This document shows, piece after piece, positions 57,801 through 64,000 of a DNA stretch of 64,000 nt. The stretch's first letter is position 1. Every line of letters begins with the position of its first letter. Both the position numbers and the translations under genes were made by a program. The DNA is from a virus. The stretch lies in IMG/VR virus record IMGVR_UViG_3300006339_000005, positions 1 to 64,000 of that record; one strand, 5' to 3'. The notes under the pieces were generated by a model. The model ran no database searches, was not told the origin of the DNA, and saw only the letters and a program-made list of their open reading frames with translations.

Positions 57801-58413
57801 AACAGGTAGTCCAAGTTCAGGCGCTTCAGACTTTCCAGCAGGAACAACAATTTACGACATTTATGAAGAAACTTGGTATAACAGGGTACGTATTAGAACT
57901 ACTAATAATAACCATAGTCCAATTACTGCTGGTGAAGCCATTACATTTGGTATTGGTGGTGATTTAACTTATACTAACTATTTGTACTTTACAAAAACAA
58001 GTTGGGAAACAACTCAAGCAGTTTCTGGTACAGAAGTAAGTGATGCAAAATTTCCGGCAGGTACTGCGGTATCAAATGTTCAAGGACCATTAGAATTTAG
58101 TGGAACAGAATACTATAAAGTAACGTTTTCACAAACGTCAATTGCAACTGTAACTGCTGGTGCCAATGTAGGGTTCTTATTTGGACAACCACCGTATGCA
58201 CAGCCAGGTGAAACTGTATTTTCGTTTATTGCAAACCCAGGTGAACTTGCAAACTTAGACTTAACAGGATTGAAAGAATTAACGAATACTACATTAGGTG
58301 GACGAGGAACTTATCCTAACGGTCCTGATGTATTAGCAATTAATGTTTATAAGACGTCGGGTGCGGCAGTTAACGCAAACCTTATTCTAAGGTGGGGCGA
58401 AGCTCAAGCCTAA
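45886..58413 (+). CDS. Giant modular virion protein (4175 aa)
   Basis: Helical KC.RD...D...GN...YW repeats, inserted beta modules, Gly/Thr-rich repeats and a C-terminal lectin-like region (MMGIQYSWYGAGFI). Confidence 0.9.
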   Translation: MAKTKVEQYIFQPGIPVNENRYGMAHDLIKNNVEFICDEVTAWIAEQVKMEPVYPDAVTSITANKEFLKDEVMAWFDIAYPGAHDLTYSVTNAIYTPATGVMVLTIGSHGFLVGNTIRIATDSLTFTCALDSHATNHTYPRATGSAAPGGYDFVYNKPIAVTEFSSTTITVNIGISSDVSAHSYVTSTADCIASNERHEKCARDTGFNIDAITTDLYSGGNFETRRIAQKYWEGTNTNLGSGSEQTYATLVNDKLKEIINGYILSNTAWTTAQDPVVTTQNVSNPVGESNSTNRVTELHKILNDVTVNGIGALPEVTPSWSHYTYDGELCERDTRLNLQGDDGTGGILYDLRYGGNEKTRYTASKYWINATPQVDGDRTTERFAKNYVRDLINNFILPQPTTAQVYPYAIALLEANKQYIADEATEWFDANYPGVHTGTRHAKCIRDTIFNIEALTSDIYTGSNFQTIEMVHRYWSGTASQLPGGETVLTTATAHGRSVDDVVEIRGLVLGCPMGSKTYPVSDFTQGHSANQSFAVRSQNLTASTFEIFLGTSAIAQTYVKGGTVIPQAGLQQDNRLDIRNFDYDTGSGVATITTMGGATITAEAHGKSKGDLIAVDGAVLSCDMGSKTYPVNSFSTAHSTAQQFTVRATNLTANTFEVFFGTSAIATTYVSGGTIVKDNNVRQAITDFAYDIGPSHSVTAATYTPATGEMQLTIGAHNFEIGHYVKIATNSLTFTCALDGHATNHSYPRATGSAAPGGYDYFYNKPVEIIGAGATTITMNVGVSSDVSEHTFVSATADCISPVPAANSVTNAVYTPATGVMVLTIGAHDLQLGNQIRIATGSLKFTCEMDSHATTTAYPRASGSAAPGGYDYAYNTAVTITAIDSTTITCNVGTSTNTSIHTFVSATPNCIANDIGSAGKCTITTSGSHNLSINDTIDIRGVIMDCEFGTKVYPAIPHAGIFPVTKVTDTNTLDFYLPPSEIDHTYVSGGTIKSATLTNVGSSTIITAFAYNNDQALITITSGNHGLVVGDLVKLTGIVLSCSTGTKTYPDTSVSSGVYYVYDVPDIDTFIFGMDRSNVVHTYVSGGTCQKVTTATNSTVNISNFVFDTHAGHGLSATDNVILRGIVTDCIYGTKIYPALVHAGLYPITKTDTADTFEFFLNPSNIAHTYTSGGTVKDIDVTNVGDAVDITNFIYDNDLATFTVTTSGIDNPYNVAGATYIPTTGVMELTIGTHDLEVGNKVNIEATSLTFTCAFDNNVSQHSYPRATGSAAPGGYDYFYNKPVEITAISADTITMNIGTGNIKTYTPTAVTYIPTTGVMELTIGTHTLVTGNYVDIDAGCLNFTCTFDNNATQSSYPRATGSAAPGGADYFYDTPCRIDSTSATTITLNVGAGNVKTYNVSAATYTPTTGVMQLTIGSHSLVAGNYIDIAANSIVFTCALDGHATTTGYPRATGSAAPGGADYAYNTPVVIASVGATTITINVGVSSNTSTHTYVSSTANCISNSNSHTFTSATANCIKNAEAHTFVSATADCVSKAGHGLTVGDKVKLAGIGMSCEFGSKIYPENNAGYFVVYDVPDVSTFILGTDKSAVVHTWTGGGTWQKITYTVLNQTDVADFAFGPSERTYAVAVNQKTESIIKDYIFTNTTYPSVQSGSTQTITANAAESGASGRITTLMDAINNVTVNGLDYLPTAGYASVGYTPLQTATSQYFNSSSVSESAASAVITDRFGIITDVIENGLDNVPALDRAQVSSIRLQTRVPTNDLLLITDTTVNEVLFNFTDSEKGASCQFITDDQEKLTKGVDDDFPKFLERTGTITTIYLDVNTDSPTYSPNARVQLEANKEFLQKETVAWIGNKISTAITYPYAKTLIDANKEWLADEVMAWFDLTYPNAHSTIQHEKCERDTKFNIDALAYDIYHGSNTQTRETAKKYWEGTNSLLANSGGAFTETTNAEIGYALAVNNKLRDLIINNVLTNTVYVTHQSPIITVQITNNNDGETKTVSRVTDLMGIITSVIQSGISALPNSIPAWTDYTYNGPKCERDVGFQLDALIHDIKYGGNAETYRNAKKYWIQSTPQIDGDRSHETFAKDHVRFLINDYVFKNVTYPTLQVGAQAVSQVTVYTAAEAGVDDRVSDLFAIINNVITNGTSSLPVKDEPKIFSDTDDIQIFIDQGDLKVRPYDFGTDAIERMRVATAQSMLDADFEYGLQPTKWQAIATQRGYPSIYEVPGTDKQVSTVQTDASTGTGGIGQSLITVTTIGAHSIEPGSPITLKALENSVAGAARAEGSFIVSTVPTINTFTYFAKSKVGTANGQILSTFYTQLRQAGFYTGSSIGNPTFSIISQGSAGVLYNPLGSLSGADKITWLGEQPEVGAPMLIEDGMATALYTYSGADVLRTAGVYTNILGTTSSVVGDVIAPTVNITVDGSGAALATIVTGGRRNAVDDTITVLDSLLGGGGAADLTFNIQAVVDGATQIPSGAQVTSILGSGGAIQTIQTTADVPIGSNSIPVVNTAGVLAGHGIDRGDGTAVFVSSVIGNNINIDGNTTNTLVGNVVTYTGVGGVNYSSLGYGSTFDISRTGGVYTVVINEDGDQYETGDVIIALGNSLGGTTPEHDCRIEITEADTSGDIVTILSSGAAFDGSANYNAIVGTNSNGVGTGSLFDISYTNNTYSVSLAQPSYINLTGTNLGGIGLGASVDITMTNNAYSVAINNAEDNSLDYVVSDRIRINGTQLGGTTPVNDAEVVVTSVDVSTGEITGVSVTGTAVDADVTYINVTYTTGSIGGVTANINIRRVGTTYEVNIIGGGSGYTASETLNIVGTELGGAAPTNNASVTIQTVDGSGSILTATIGGVAVNVQEHTNIQSGLNQLGTAALLTVTVNYNNSYNVVIGNTGGFNYGVGQKIQLLGTVFGNGATPVNDITVTISAVTVTGEITNLSHTGTSADATKNYVLGDRLEVIGSFLGGLDETNDAGINITGIGVGGTITTLTIDGAAPDASQTYVDPAYTTNSSAGADASFTITRLDVAYSALIVVPGSGYLAAEFFDIDGALLGGSTGTNDCRVTVATVGGSGEILTVTVSGTALDQQTYYGISQVLGQAVMKIGAGATWNVILSGGAFTVTNANPGTDYNASQELKVLGTQMGGVSPTNDLTITITGVSGTGGITTFSHSGTAPGGTASYTDIGGTNLPNSGTLATFDVVRSSGTYNSILINDDGVNYVDGNKIKILGTSLGGVDVTNDLIITITGATTDGSITSITGIGTALTGTVVQTYSSLTMSEATTVAVAPNSTIAFAALATAEITFGTAHGLVPGDSFIITIASDSGSNNHTLCEGPFFAQQVPTIYKLRYQCRAPGTIGDVDDIVGNIYPRPDSFFVHRPYDGGVMLGTGGPQHGAQAIRQSKKYIRYQSGKGIMYTTGALFAPSYDLLNVVANGLEIGSFITVTTDDVDHGLQIGGRIRLLGIETPGFNGDYTVASITSERVFKVVADFKLGALIPTLSARAQVSLLTWHGATVRSGAFDDQNGIFIEYDGANFTCVQRTGTLQLAGVVSMAVDSNLCTGVGTRFRDQIKAGDRIIIKGMTHVISQITDDTNMFVTPDFRGVTPASACKICLVYDKKTKQDEFNRDKLDGKGSSGYIVDVSKMQMMGIQYSWYGAGFIDWMLRGDNGEFAFFHRMRNSNINTEAFMRTGNMPVRYEITNEGPNGKLAKDIDDNQTSIPLTDAKYFPSSGTVYIDGEMIGFTGVVGDTLTGCTRAAPMSNYASGANRTYTAGIAESHTAKTGVPLISNTISPIISHWGSAFLTDGGFDTDRGYIFSYASTGNEISTTRNTVFMLRLAPSVSNAIVGDLGERELLNRAQLLLEGVEVTSDTSTGGIVVEGVLNPQNYPLDPGNIGWGGLSGLAAGGQPSFAQVAPGGSVTWSTGATQVVRNATTTSQLSASADSLYNRTYPTTYHYFSTTEWDGLDDNVVSGTEIIATGSPSSGASDFPAGTTIYDIYEETWYNRVRIRTTNNNHSPITAGEAITFGIGGDLTYTNYLYFTKTSWETTQAVSGTEVSDAKFPAGTAVSNVQGPLEFSGTEYYKVTFSQTSIATVTAGANVGFLFGQPPYAQPGETVFSFIANPGELANLDLTGLKELTNTTLGGRGTYPNGPDVLAINVYKTSGAAVNANLILRWGEAQA
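53590..55660 (+). repeat. About eight Gly/Thr-rich ~85-aa repeats (F.I......Y.V....G..Y...D.I...G..LGG..P.ND)
   Basis: Visible in the translation of the 4175-aa ORF. Confidence 0.8.
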
Positions 58414-59000
58414 AAGTTAAAAGCAATTGTTGAACGTATTACACCTTCTTGGCTAGGTAATACTGTATGCTTTAAGTATGAAGGAAACATTAACATTCTT
58501 CCTTTAATAGGTTGGTATACACTTCCTTGCCAAGACCATATAGCATTAATATCATAATCTTGTGAATATTCAGTAAATGGATTAGGAGTTTTAAACATTA
58601 AACCTCCGGCGTGTTCGTTTGCTCTAACCCAGTATATTCCAGAAATACGTCCTATACCATGTTCATGTTCATTGTGATGATCGTTTTCAATATAATCTTG
58701 CACCCAATATTCGAATTCATTTAAATTATTTTTTATTTGTCTATTAATTGCTTTGTAATTACAACCTTCTTGATATAGGTCTTTACAGTCACGTATCTCA
58801 CGCCATAACTCAGGAAGCTCTTTTGGTAAGTCTGCTATTATTTTTTCAGGTTCAAAATAATCTGTAGAGTGCGGAGCAGGGCCTTCACGAGAAGGCATCT
58901 TATCTAAATTTTTAACTACAACTTCTTCTACTTTATCAGCTACATCAGGTTGTACATCATGAATTAATAATCCTACAGGAAACAACGGTTCTATATGCAT
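58410..59000 (-). CDS. 2OG-Fe(II) oxygenase, TIGR02466-like (196 aa)
   Basis: H.H.H..ISGIYWV, G.MLMFPSYL.H.V and RSTIAFN motifs. Confidence 0.8.
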   Translation of the reverse strand: MHIEPLFPVGLLIHDVQPDVADKVEEVVVKNLDKMPSREGPAPHSTDYFEPEKIIADLPKELPELWREIRDCKDLYQEGCNYKAINRQIKNNLNEFEYWVQDYIENDHHNEHEHGIGRISGIYWVRANEHAGGLMFKTPNPFTEYSQDYDINAIWSWQGSVYQPIKGRMLMFPSYLKHTVLPSQEGVIRSTIAFNF

Positions 59001-59431
59001 TAAATAACCTTTGCAGTAGTTTGTGAAGTTGCATCACTAATTGTCGGGTTAACACCAGTATCTTTATCCATGACTTGACTATCTCCAGGTATAACACGAT
59101 AATTATCTTCAACTGAATCAGCTGTACTAACTTCAGTTATACTACCTGGTTCTATGCATACTAATTGATGAGGTTGTAAAGGTGGATTATGCCAAGTGCT
59201 TCCTGCTACTAAATCTTTTTGCAAAAGCTGGGCAGTTGTAGTATCAATCCAAAGTAATTTAAATTGACCATCATTAACAAACCATGTTTCATCTTTTTCT
59301 TTATGAAAATGCATAGAAAATTTTGCTTCACGCTTTTCAAAAACTAAAATTTTGCCACAATACTTTTCAGTAGAAGCCCAGATTAATTCATAACCCCAAC
59401 CCTTTTCTACTTTACCTTTCAATTGCGTCAT
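59000..59431 (-). CDS. Cupin sugar-isomerase-like protein (143 aa)
   Basis: KGWGYE, SMHFH..KDETW, PP...HQL cupin metal motifs. Confidence 0.8.
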   Translation of the reverse strand: MTQLKGKVEKGWGYELIWASTEKYCGKILVFEKREAKFSMHFHKEKDETWFVNDGQFKLLWIDTTTAQLLQKDLVAGSTWHNPPLQPHQLVCIEPGSITEVSTADSVEDNYRVIPGDSQVMDKDTGVNPTISDATSQTTAKVI

Positions 59432-60240
59432 AATATAAAATGCTCCACTGGTCTAAATTTATGTTCACCTATAGTATTACTTAACTTTTCTATGTTTGCT
59501 TTAGTATAATATTGGTATTGAAGTCTTAACTCATCTGGTACTGGAATCTCTATAACTTCAGCACTATATTTTTTAGCCATTAAATCTGCTATATGTCTAA
59601 ATGATGTTGCTTTTCCTGTACCAATATTCCAAATATCTGTTGAATCAACTGTTAAAAACTTTACCAAAATATCACATACATCGCCAACATGAATAAAATC
59701 TCTATAAATGTCTTGACTACCTTCAAATACTTTTATCTTTCCAGTCTCAATTGCTTGTTTTTTAAACTTATGAAAGACACTCATTTGGTCACCTTTATGA
59801 TCTTCTCCTGGTCCATATACATTAAAAAATCTAAAACCTTGAACATTAATTTGGTATTCAGTTACTGACTTAACAAATCTATCAAATAAGTACTTGCTCC
59901 AAGCATATGGCGACTGTGGTGCTACAGGTGAGTTTTCTTTAAACTCTTTACCGTTTCCGTACACGCTGGCACTTGAAGCATACATAAATGTTACACCAGA
60001 CATATCACATAATTCTAACATTTTAATACTAAACTCATAATTTTGTTTTAAAACTTTATCAATATCTGTTTCTGTTGTGTCACTAATTGCTCCTAAATGA
60101 ATTACTCTATCATATTCTTTTGGATCTGGAAAACGATTTTCACGATAATCATATCCTTCTATTGTATGCCCTTTATAGTCAAGATAAGAAGCTAAATTTT
60201 TACCTATAAACCCATTTGGACCTGTAATTAAAATTCTCAT
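59428..60240 (-). CDS. hldD: ADP-L-glycero-D-manno-heptose 6-epimerase-like SDR (likely start 60240)
   Basis: G..GFIG, HLGAISDTTE, YASSASVYG, Y.WSK, RFFNVYGPGE.HKG, RDFIHV.D; ATGA overlap with the upstream gene places the start at MRILITG. Confidence 0.85.
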   Translation of the reverse strand: MRILITGPNGFIGKNLASYLDYKGHTIEGYDYRENRFPDPKEYDRVIHLGAISDTTETDIDKVLKQNYEFSIKMLELCDMSGVTFMYASSASVYGNGKEFKENSPVAPQSPYAWSKYLFDRFVKSVTEYQINVQGFRFFNVYGPGEDHKGDQMSVFHKFKKQAIETGKIKVFEGSQDIYRDFIHVGDVCDILVKFLTVDSTDIWNIGTGKATSFRHIADLMAKKYSAEVIEIPVPDELRLQYQYYTKANIEKLSNTIGEHKFRPVEHFIL

Positions 60241-60881
60241 ATATTGTTCGGTTCTATTTTTATCCAAGACATACTGCCTTGTCCTGTATTATTTTTATCT
60301 TGTCTTCTTATAGTTGTCAAAGAAAAATTATGCCCTTCAATAAACTTTTTATGCATTAATAAAAAGTTAGGTATATTATTTTCATTTAACTTATTAACTA
60401 AAAGTTTTGTGTAATAAAACCCTTCAAGATAATTACCTAATCCATCTATAAAAATAGACGAATAATCATTTATACTGGACAAAGCCCATGTTATTAATTT
60501 TTCAATAGTAACAACCTCTCTATCAAAATCAGAAAATACACAATCGACATTACTAATTGTTCTAAACCCTATTTCTTGGTTCAACAAAGTAAAATGATTT
60601 TGTATTTCTATTTTTTCAGCCATAGAATTAATAAACTCTGAATAAGTTTCACCAACTTGAGATACATATTCCATACCATTATCAATGGTTATACATTTAC
60701 CTACTCCATTTTCTTTCATTGCAGATGCAACGGCAAACGCAGTACAACCTAGTCCAGTGCCAAACTCTACAAAAGTGTTATAATGTTTCATTTTAGTTAA
60801 TGCATAAAAAAATAGTGAACTATCTTTAGTATTATATGCATCTCCAAAACGTTCTAAGTGAGTTAGTAATTCTAAGTTCAT
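60237..60881 (-). CDS. Class I SAM-dependent methyltransferase (214 aa)
   Basis: VEFGTGLGCT motif I and an acidic motif II (ITIDNG). Confidence 0.7.
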   Translation of the reverse strand: MNLELLTHLERFGDAYNTKDSSLFFYALTKMKHYNTFVEFGTGLGCTAFAVASAMKENGVGKCITIDNGMEYVSQVGETYSEFINSMAEKIEIQNHFTLLNQEIGFRTISNVDCVFSDFDREVVTIEKLITWALSSINDYSSIFIDGLGNYLEGFYYTKLLVNKLNENNIPNFLLMHKKFIEGHNFSLTTIRRQDKNNTGQGSMSWIKIEPNNI

Positions 60882-62140
60882 TGTTTAATTTTCTTTATTA
60901 ATTCTGTTGTTGAATGTCCTTCTACTTTTGGAAATATAATAACATTAGCTAGTTCATGTCCTACAGTTGTTTCAACAGTATAGTCACCACCTTTTACAAT
61001 AACATCAGGATTAACTTTCTTGATAGCATTTAATGGTGTATCGTCATCAAAGATTACAACGGCATCTACCCATGGTAATATTTGTAATTGTTCAAGTCGT
61101 TTATCTTGATCATTAATTGGTCTATCATCACCTTTTAATTTTTTAACACTAGTATCACTATTAATTCCAACAATTAATTTTTTACCTTGCTTTTTTGCAA
61201 ACTTTAAAAGTTCCATATGACCCGTATGCAATATATCAAATACTCCATTAGTCCATACTATACCACGATTTAAATCTGCAGGTGTAACTGGAACTACACC
61301 ACGCTTTTCTACGCTACGAGTGGCGGCATAACAAGCAAGTTCACAAGCATGAGGTATATCTATACCCTTATTAAATGCATGAACAATAACTGCTAAAACA
61401 ATATCTCCAGCACCTGTAACATCTGCTACTTCTTTTGTATCTTCTTTAAAATAATTATATTCACCATCTGTATTTAAAACATGAATTCCATTAGCACCAT
61501 CAGTTACGACTAACCAAGTCCAATAATGATCTCGCATATATTCTAATGCATTAGTTTTATTATATTTGCCATTCCATTTTTCATATTCTTTCATATTAGG
61601 TTTAACTAAAAATGCAGAATCATAAAATCGTGCGTCTTGTTTTGGATCAACAAATATTTTGGTATTAAAAACATCTGCTTTAACTATTAACTCATAAACA
61701 GTATCTTCAGTAACGCTTCCTTTATTGTAATCACTAATTATAACAATATCATTATCTTTGTAATTCGTTTTTAGTCGTTGCCACGCTTCATCTCCATGAT
61801 GTGTTGTTTCTTTATCCCAACGTAAAAGATGTTGTCCTGTATTTCCTACTAATCTTGTTTTGGTTGTTGTAGTTTCAGAATCATTAGTTAAATTAACATC
61901 TATATTTGTATATGCTAATAGCTTAAGAATACGAAGACCTTCTTTATCCTTACCTATTGATCCATATAATTCTACATCATCATCAAGATGCTTTAAGTTA
62001 ACTGCTAAATTGGCGGCTCCGCCTAAATTAAATTTTTGATGCTTTTCATTTAAAACTAAAACATCTGCTTCCGGCGATACTCTTTCAGCAGTCCCAATAA
62101 TCCATCGATCAAGCATAATATCGCCATATACTTTAATCAT
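60878..62140 (-). CDS. hldE: Bifunctional heptose-7-phosphate kinase / heptose-1-phosphate adenylyltransferase (420 aa)
   Basis: GD.MLD.W..G...R.SPEA, GGAANLA.N, SDY.KG, DVTGAGD (PfkB domain); TNG.FDILH.GH, GINSD.SV..LKG..RPI, KGGDY (nucleotidyltransferase domain). Confidence 0.92.
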   Translation of the reverse strand: MIKVYGDIMLDRWIIGTAERVSPEADVLVLNEKHQKFNLGGAANLAVNLKHLDDDVELYGSIGKDKEGLRILKLLAYTNIDVNLTNDSETTTTKTRLVGNTGQHLLRWDKETTHHGDEAWQRLKTNYKDNDIVIISDYNKGSVTEDTVYELIVKADVFNTKIFVDPKQDARFYDSAFLVKPNMKEYEKWNGKYNKTNALEYMRDHYWTWLVVTDGANGIHVLNTDGEYNYFKEDTKEVADVTGAGDIVLAVIVHAFNKGIDIPHACELACYAATRSVEKRGVVPVTPADLNRGIVWTNGVFDILHTGHMELLKFAKKQGKKLIVGINSDTSVKKLKGDDRPINDQDKRLEQLQILPWVDAVVIFDDDTPLNAIKKVNPDVIVKGGDYTVETTVGHELANVIIFPKVEGHSTTELIKKIKQ

Positions 62141-62576
62141 TTTTTTCCATCAACGATACTAATTTAAATACTGTTTCTAATTTTGTTAAATTTGCTTTAT
62201 TTTGTAATGTATTACGTAGCCCTTGATGTAATGGTTTGGGCCAATTATTAAAACTTACCCAAGCATATCCATTATGCTCTTCATTTAATTTTGGAATAAA
62301 TTCATTTTTTACAACACAAAGATAGGTATGGAAATTAAATTTATCATCTCTACTAACAAATGTTTCTAAAGGAATAGACTTTACGAGTTCAGGAAGAGAC
62401 CCGAGTTCTTCTTTTATTTCTCTTTGTAATGCTTGAAATGGAATTTCTTCACTTTCATTAGTACCACCAACAAGACCCCAAACGTTATTTTGTTTACTTT
62501 GGACTCTATGTAAAAATAAAAATCTTTGTGTATCTAATGTGTAAAAGAGAGCACCACTACATATTATATTAGCCAT
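62133..62576 (-). CDS. NUDIX hydrolase (147 aa)
   Basis: WGLVGG...E.P..AL.REI.EELG Nudix box; LNEEH.GYAW. Confidence 0.9.
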   Translation of the reverse strand: MANIICSGALFYTLDTQRFLFLHRVQSKQNNVWGLVGGTNESEEIPFQALQREIKEELGSLPELVKSIPLETFVSRDDKFNFHTYLCVVKNEFIPKLNEEHNGYAWVSFNNWPKPLHQGLRNTLQNKANLTKLETVFKLVSLMEKND

Positions 62577-62589
62577 ACTAATAATTATG

Positions 62590-63999
62590 CTAAAGTGCTA
62601 GTCGCCAAGTGCCTTCCCGGTATTCACCTTCGAAGCTTAATGTCCATGCTGTACCGTCCCATTTATATTGGATACCGGTATTAAGGTTGGTTGTATATTT
62701 GATATCTACAGTTGAATCAGATCCATCATTATCACTAGCATTGAATACAATAGTCCACACATTACCATCCCATTCGATTATATCATTTTCTGATGCAATG
62801 AAATCATCACCAGCTGTACTTTTCCAAGCATCTGCACCATCTTGGTTTACCTCAGCACCAATATCACCTAATAATAAGATTCTAATACCACTTACTTTAA
62901 CATCTGTAGGATTGGTTCTTGTTGGATCAATTATATAATCAATAGTTCCTTTAGTAATTGCTGGTCCGTCAAATACTGAATTAGTTGGAATAGTATCTGT
63001 ATCCCAGTTTACAATAAGTTGTGTTTCGTCTAATTCATTAAGTGCAAATGTTCCTATAACACTTCCTAAATCTAACCTGCTTAAATAAATTTTACTTAAT
63101 CCTGCTATGTACTCTCCAGGTAATACATCTAAAACTATACGCCAATTTAATTCACCAGCAATACCTTTGTCACCTAATACAACAATATTATTAGTTACTA
63201 TTATATCATAATCTTTAAATGTAGTAATTGCTAATGAAGTTGTATCAGTTCTACTAGCTGTTCCATGTTTCTCAGTATCAACTGTTGTGTCATCATCACC
63301 TTTAACATCTTGTCCTGGTGAGTCATCGTGTTTTACAAGTTCAGGTGTTGCTGAACCTAAATTAATTGTACCTTGGCTTTCATCAAAAATACTCATTACA
63401 ATAGCTGTTATAACACCTAACTTTTTAACCTTAGCAGGAGGTGATAACCAAATAGGAGTACTAAACCCTAGTTGTCCAACATCAATCATACTTTCTGTAC
63501 CTATAGGAATACTTCTAGTTGAGAACTGAATGTTTTCTAAATCTACTACACTTAAACTAGTCCAGTCAATATAATTATCAGTTGTTTGAATTTCTAAACT
63601 TGGGTTAAACAAAGTTAATATTTGTTCTATTATTTGTAATTTTTGTTCTGTATTAGTTGACCAAATATCACAATTTATACCTAACTTAAATGGTGTTGGT
63701 GCTAATCGTTCTACGGTGTAATTTTGTCCTTGCGTATTTAAATATTCATTATTTTCACTATCATATGTACGTTCACGTAAATGAATTTTACCTATATACG
63801 ATGCATCTATAGTTCTTTGTCTATCCATTTCTAAAGTAGTTACATAAACACTTATTCTAGGAGCACTAGGTATTTTATTTTCACTATTATCACGTATGAT
63901 ATGACCAACCTGACGGGTGATGTCGCCATACATTACAGGTATTTGTGTTAAGTTACCCTTGCCATCTTTATAAGAAAAGTTACTAAACAACCTTATAAG
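62590..63999 (-). CDS. Tail sheath stabiliser/terminator, T4 gp15-like, with a C-terminal extension; 5' end beyond the window
   Basis: QIPVMYGD..R, PRIS, P.PF.L......W..NTEQKLQI.EQIL.LFNP, DWTSLS motifs; the reading frame is open to the window edge. Confidence 0.65.
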   Translation of the reverse strand, partial: LIRLFSNFSYKDGKGNLTQIPVMYGDITRQVGHIIRDNSENKIPSAPRISVYVTTLEMDRQRTIDASYIGKIHLRERTYDSENNEYLNTQGQNYTVERLAPTPFKLGINCDIWSTNTEQKLQIIEQILTLFNPSLEIQTTDNYIDWTSLSVVDLENIQFSTRSIPIGTESMIDVGQLGFSTPIWLSPPAKVKKLGVITAIVMSIFDESQGTINLGSATPELVKHDDSPGQDVKGDDDTTVDTEKHGTASRTDTTSLAITTFKDYDIIVTNNIVVLGDKGIAGELNWRIVLDVLPGEYIAGLSKIYLSRLDLGSVIGTFALNELDETQLIVNWDTDTIPTNSVFDGPAITKGTIDYIIDPTRTNPTDVKVSGIRILLLGDIGAEVNQDGADAWKSTAGDDFIASENDIIEWDGNVWTIVFNASDNDGSDSTVDIKYTTNLNTGIQYKWDGTAWTLSFEGEYREGTWRLAL

Positions 64000-64000
64000 C

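Noticed and set aside
60241-60267. Longer hldD start at 60267
   Set aside because: The SDR fold begins at MRILITG, and the ATGA overlap at 60237-60240 fits the operon pattern.
1-64000. Alternative genetic code (stop-codon reassignment seen in some large phages)
   Set aside because: Very long ORFs are intact in the standard code, and TAG and TGA end genes at sensible coupled junctions (39051, 41597, 60237, 62590).
1-64000. tRNA, rRNA, integrase, transposase or homing endonuclease genes
   Set aside because: No cloverleaf with a TTC arm or matching protein motifs seen by eye; a tRNAscan-SE or ARAGORN run would settle the tRNA question.

Overview
This 64 kb window is AT-rich DNA (roughly 35% GC by eye) from the virion morphogenesis region of a large T4-like tailed phage (myovirus); the host cannot be determined here. 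It carries baseplate hub genes and a tape-measure-like gene, followed by the head module (portal gp20, an acidic core protein, protease gp21, scaffold gp22, major capsid gp23). Next comes about 46 kb of tail-fibre and appendage genes, including ORFs of 1752, 3372 and 4175 aa, small adaptor proteins and three very Cys-rich proteins. Two sugar-modification cassettes are present: GT9-like transferase / SGNH / carbamoyltransferase on +, and NUDIX / HldE / methyltransferase / HldD / cupin / 2OG-oxygenase on -. The most striking observation is that the giant fibre genes are built by recursive domain-in-domain insertion. One ~105-aa module occurs 13 times, and in the 3372-aa protein its seven copies parse like perfectly balanced parentheses into a branched tree. 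Other notable signals: (1) an intergenic island after gp23 with an inverted DnaA-box pair, a sigma70 promoter and a ~210-nt structured RNA; (2) window-wide avoidance of GCWGC; (3) a GATAAATA late-promoter variant; (4) an ADP-heptose pathway that may glycosylate the virion. All product calls come from motif recognition by eye; no database searches or folding programs were run.
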